Part shown: positions 62,920 to 64,000 of the stretch, in pieces
Numbering within the stretch: position 1 is the first letter of the stretch
How the letters are laid out: every line of letters starts with the position of its first letter
From: Mobula hypostoma
Taxonomy: Eukaryota
DNA length: 64,000 bases
NCBI RefSeq assembly: GCF_963921235.1
Contig: NC_086110.1
Coordinates: 51,274,001 to 51,338,000 of the forward strand
Reading direction: 5' to 3'
Made by a program: the position numbers and the translations under genes
Notes under the pieces: model-generated
The model's database searches: none
Seen by the model: only the letters and a program-made list of their open reading frames with translations
What the model was told of the DNA's origin: nothing

Positions 62920-63800
62920 GGAAATTCAGATTGGCAGCATCTCCACAATCTCCCTCAGCACAAGGGCGCTTAGCCTCTGCTCCACTCGCTTTACATTTAT
63001 TACTGAGAGGCTAAGTTCAGCTCCAATGCTATATACAAGTTTGCTGATGACATTACTGTTGGCCAAATCAAGGGTGGTTATGAATCAGGATATAGAAGGG
63101 AGATTGAAGTGGCTGAGTGGTGCCACAACAGCCGCCTCTCACTTAATGTCAGCTAGACCCAGGAGATGATTATTGATTAACAAGTAGTTGAAGCCAGAGG
63201 TCCATGAGCCAGTTGTCATCAGGGGATCAGAAGTGGAGAGGGTCAGCAAGTTTAAATTCCCCAGTGTTGTCACTTCAGAGGATCTGCCCTGAGTCCAGCA
63301 TGTAAGGGCCATTATGAACACAGGAGGCACAGTAGTGCTTCTGCTTTCTTAGAAGTTTGCAAAGGTTCAGCATATCATCTAAAACATTGACAGACTTTTA
63401 TAGATGTGTGGTGGAGATGACAAAAAGTAGTGGACACAGCCCAGTGCATCACAGATAAAGACATTCCCAATATTCAGCACGTCTACATGGAGCGCTGTTG
63501 CAGGAAAGCAGCATCCATCATCAAGGCCCCCCACCATCCAGGCCATGTTCTCTTCTCGCTGCTGCCACCAGCAGGAAGGTGCAGGAGCCTTGGGATCTGC
63601 ACCGCCAGGTTAAAGAACAGTTGAACACTACCCCTTGAACCAGAGAGGATAACTTCACTCAACTTCACCTGCCCCAGCACTGTTCTGTTCACCTTGAACT
63701 AGACTCAATTTTCGTGGACTCTTAAGTGAGTGTACTCAAAATTTATTGATTTGTTATTATTATTTCTTTTTGTTTTTTTATTTGCACAAATTGTCACACG
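62920..63800 (+). mobile_element. Rex1/Babar 3' fragment
   Basis: YKFADD..; RKAASIIKAPHHPGHVLFSLLP.AGR.RSL. A CR1 fragment follows from about 63820 to the window end. Confidence 0.75.
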
Positions 63801-64000
63801 TTGATTGTTGTCAACGCTGTTGGATGACATTACAAATATCGATTGGCATCTCCCTATAGCAAGGGGTTTAGATGGGGTGGAGTTTATTAGGTGTGTTCAG
63901 GAAGGTTTCTTGACACAATATGTAGATAAGCCTACAAGAGGAGAGGCTGTACTTGATTTGGTATTGGGAAACGAACCTGGTCAGGTGCCGGATCTCTCAG

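Overview
Vertebrate genomic DNA, repeat-rich and probably from a cartilaginous fish (inferred from the CR1/Rex1/Penelope/V-SINE repertoire). The window holds a four-gene block in the same order and relative orientation as human 16q24.3. SPATA2L is on + (2 coding exons, 447 aa). CDK10 is on - (13 coding exons reconstructed base by base, 359 aa). SPATA33 is on - (2 exons, about 65 aa, invisible to the ORF track). The first coding micro-exon of CHMP1A is on +, head-to-head with SPATA33 across a 191-bp CRE-rich promoter. Most of the rest is decayed and often nested transposons: a near-full-length CR1 LINE, many Rex1/Babar and CR1 fragments, a hAT/Charlie transposon with a perfect 8-bp TSD, a Tc1-type MITE, an R4/Rex6 fragment, several SINE families and Penelope-like elements. 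Main observations: (i) minimal hammerhead-ribozyme motifs in the Penelope repeats, with the sense-strand intronic copies broken and the antisense or upstream copies keeping the core; (ii) long fold-back hairpins next to the CDK10 and CHMP1A starts; (iii) a minimal SPATA33 with a myristoylation-like N-terminus and a PxIxIT motif; (iv) a SPATA2L with two Cys clusters, a PIM-like motif and an upstream ISRE/NF-kB cluster; (v) an in-phase candidate alternative last exon of CDK10; (vi) a 130-bp duplicate of SPATA2L coding sequence. No CRISPR, rRNA or true tRNA genes were seen. Family assignments come from recalled motifs, not database searches, and repeat boundaries without a TSD are approximate.
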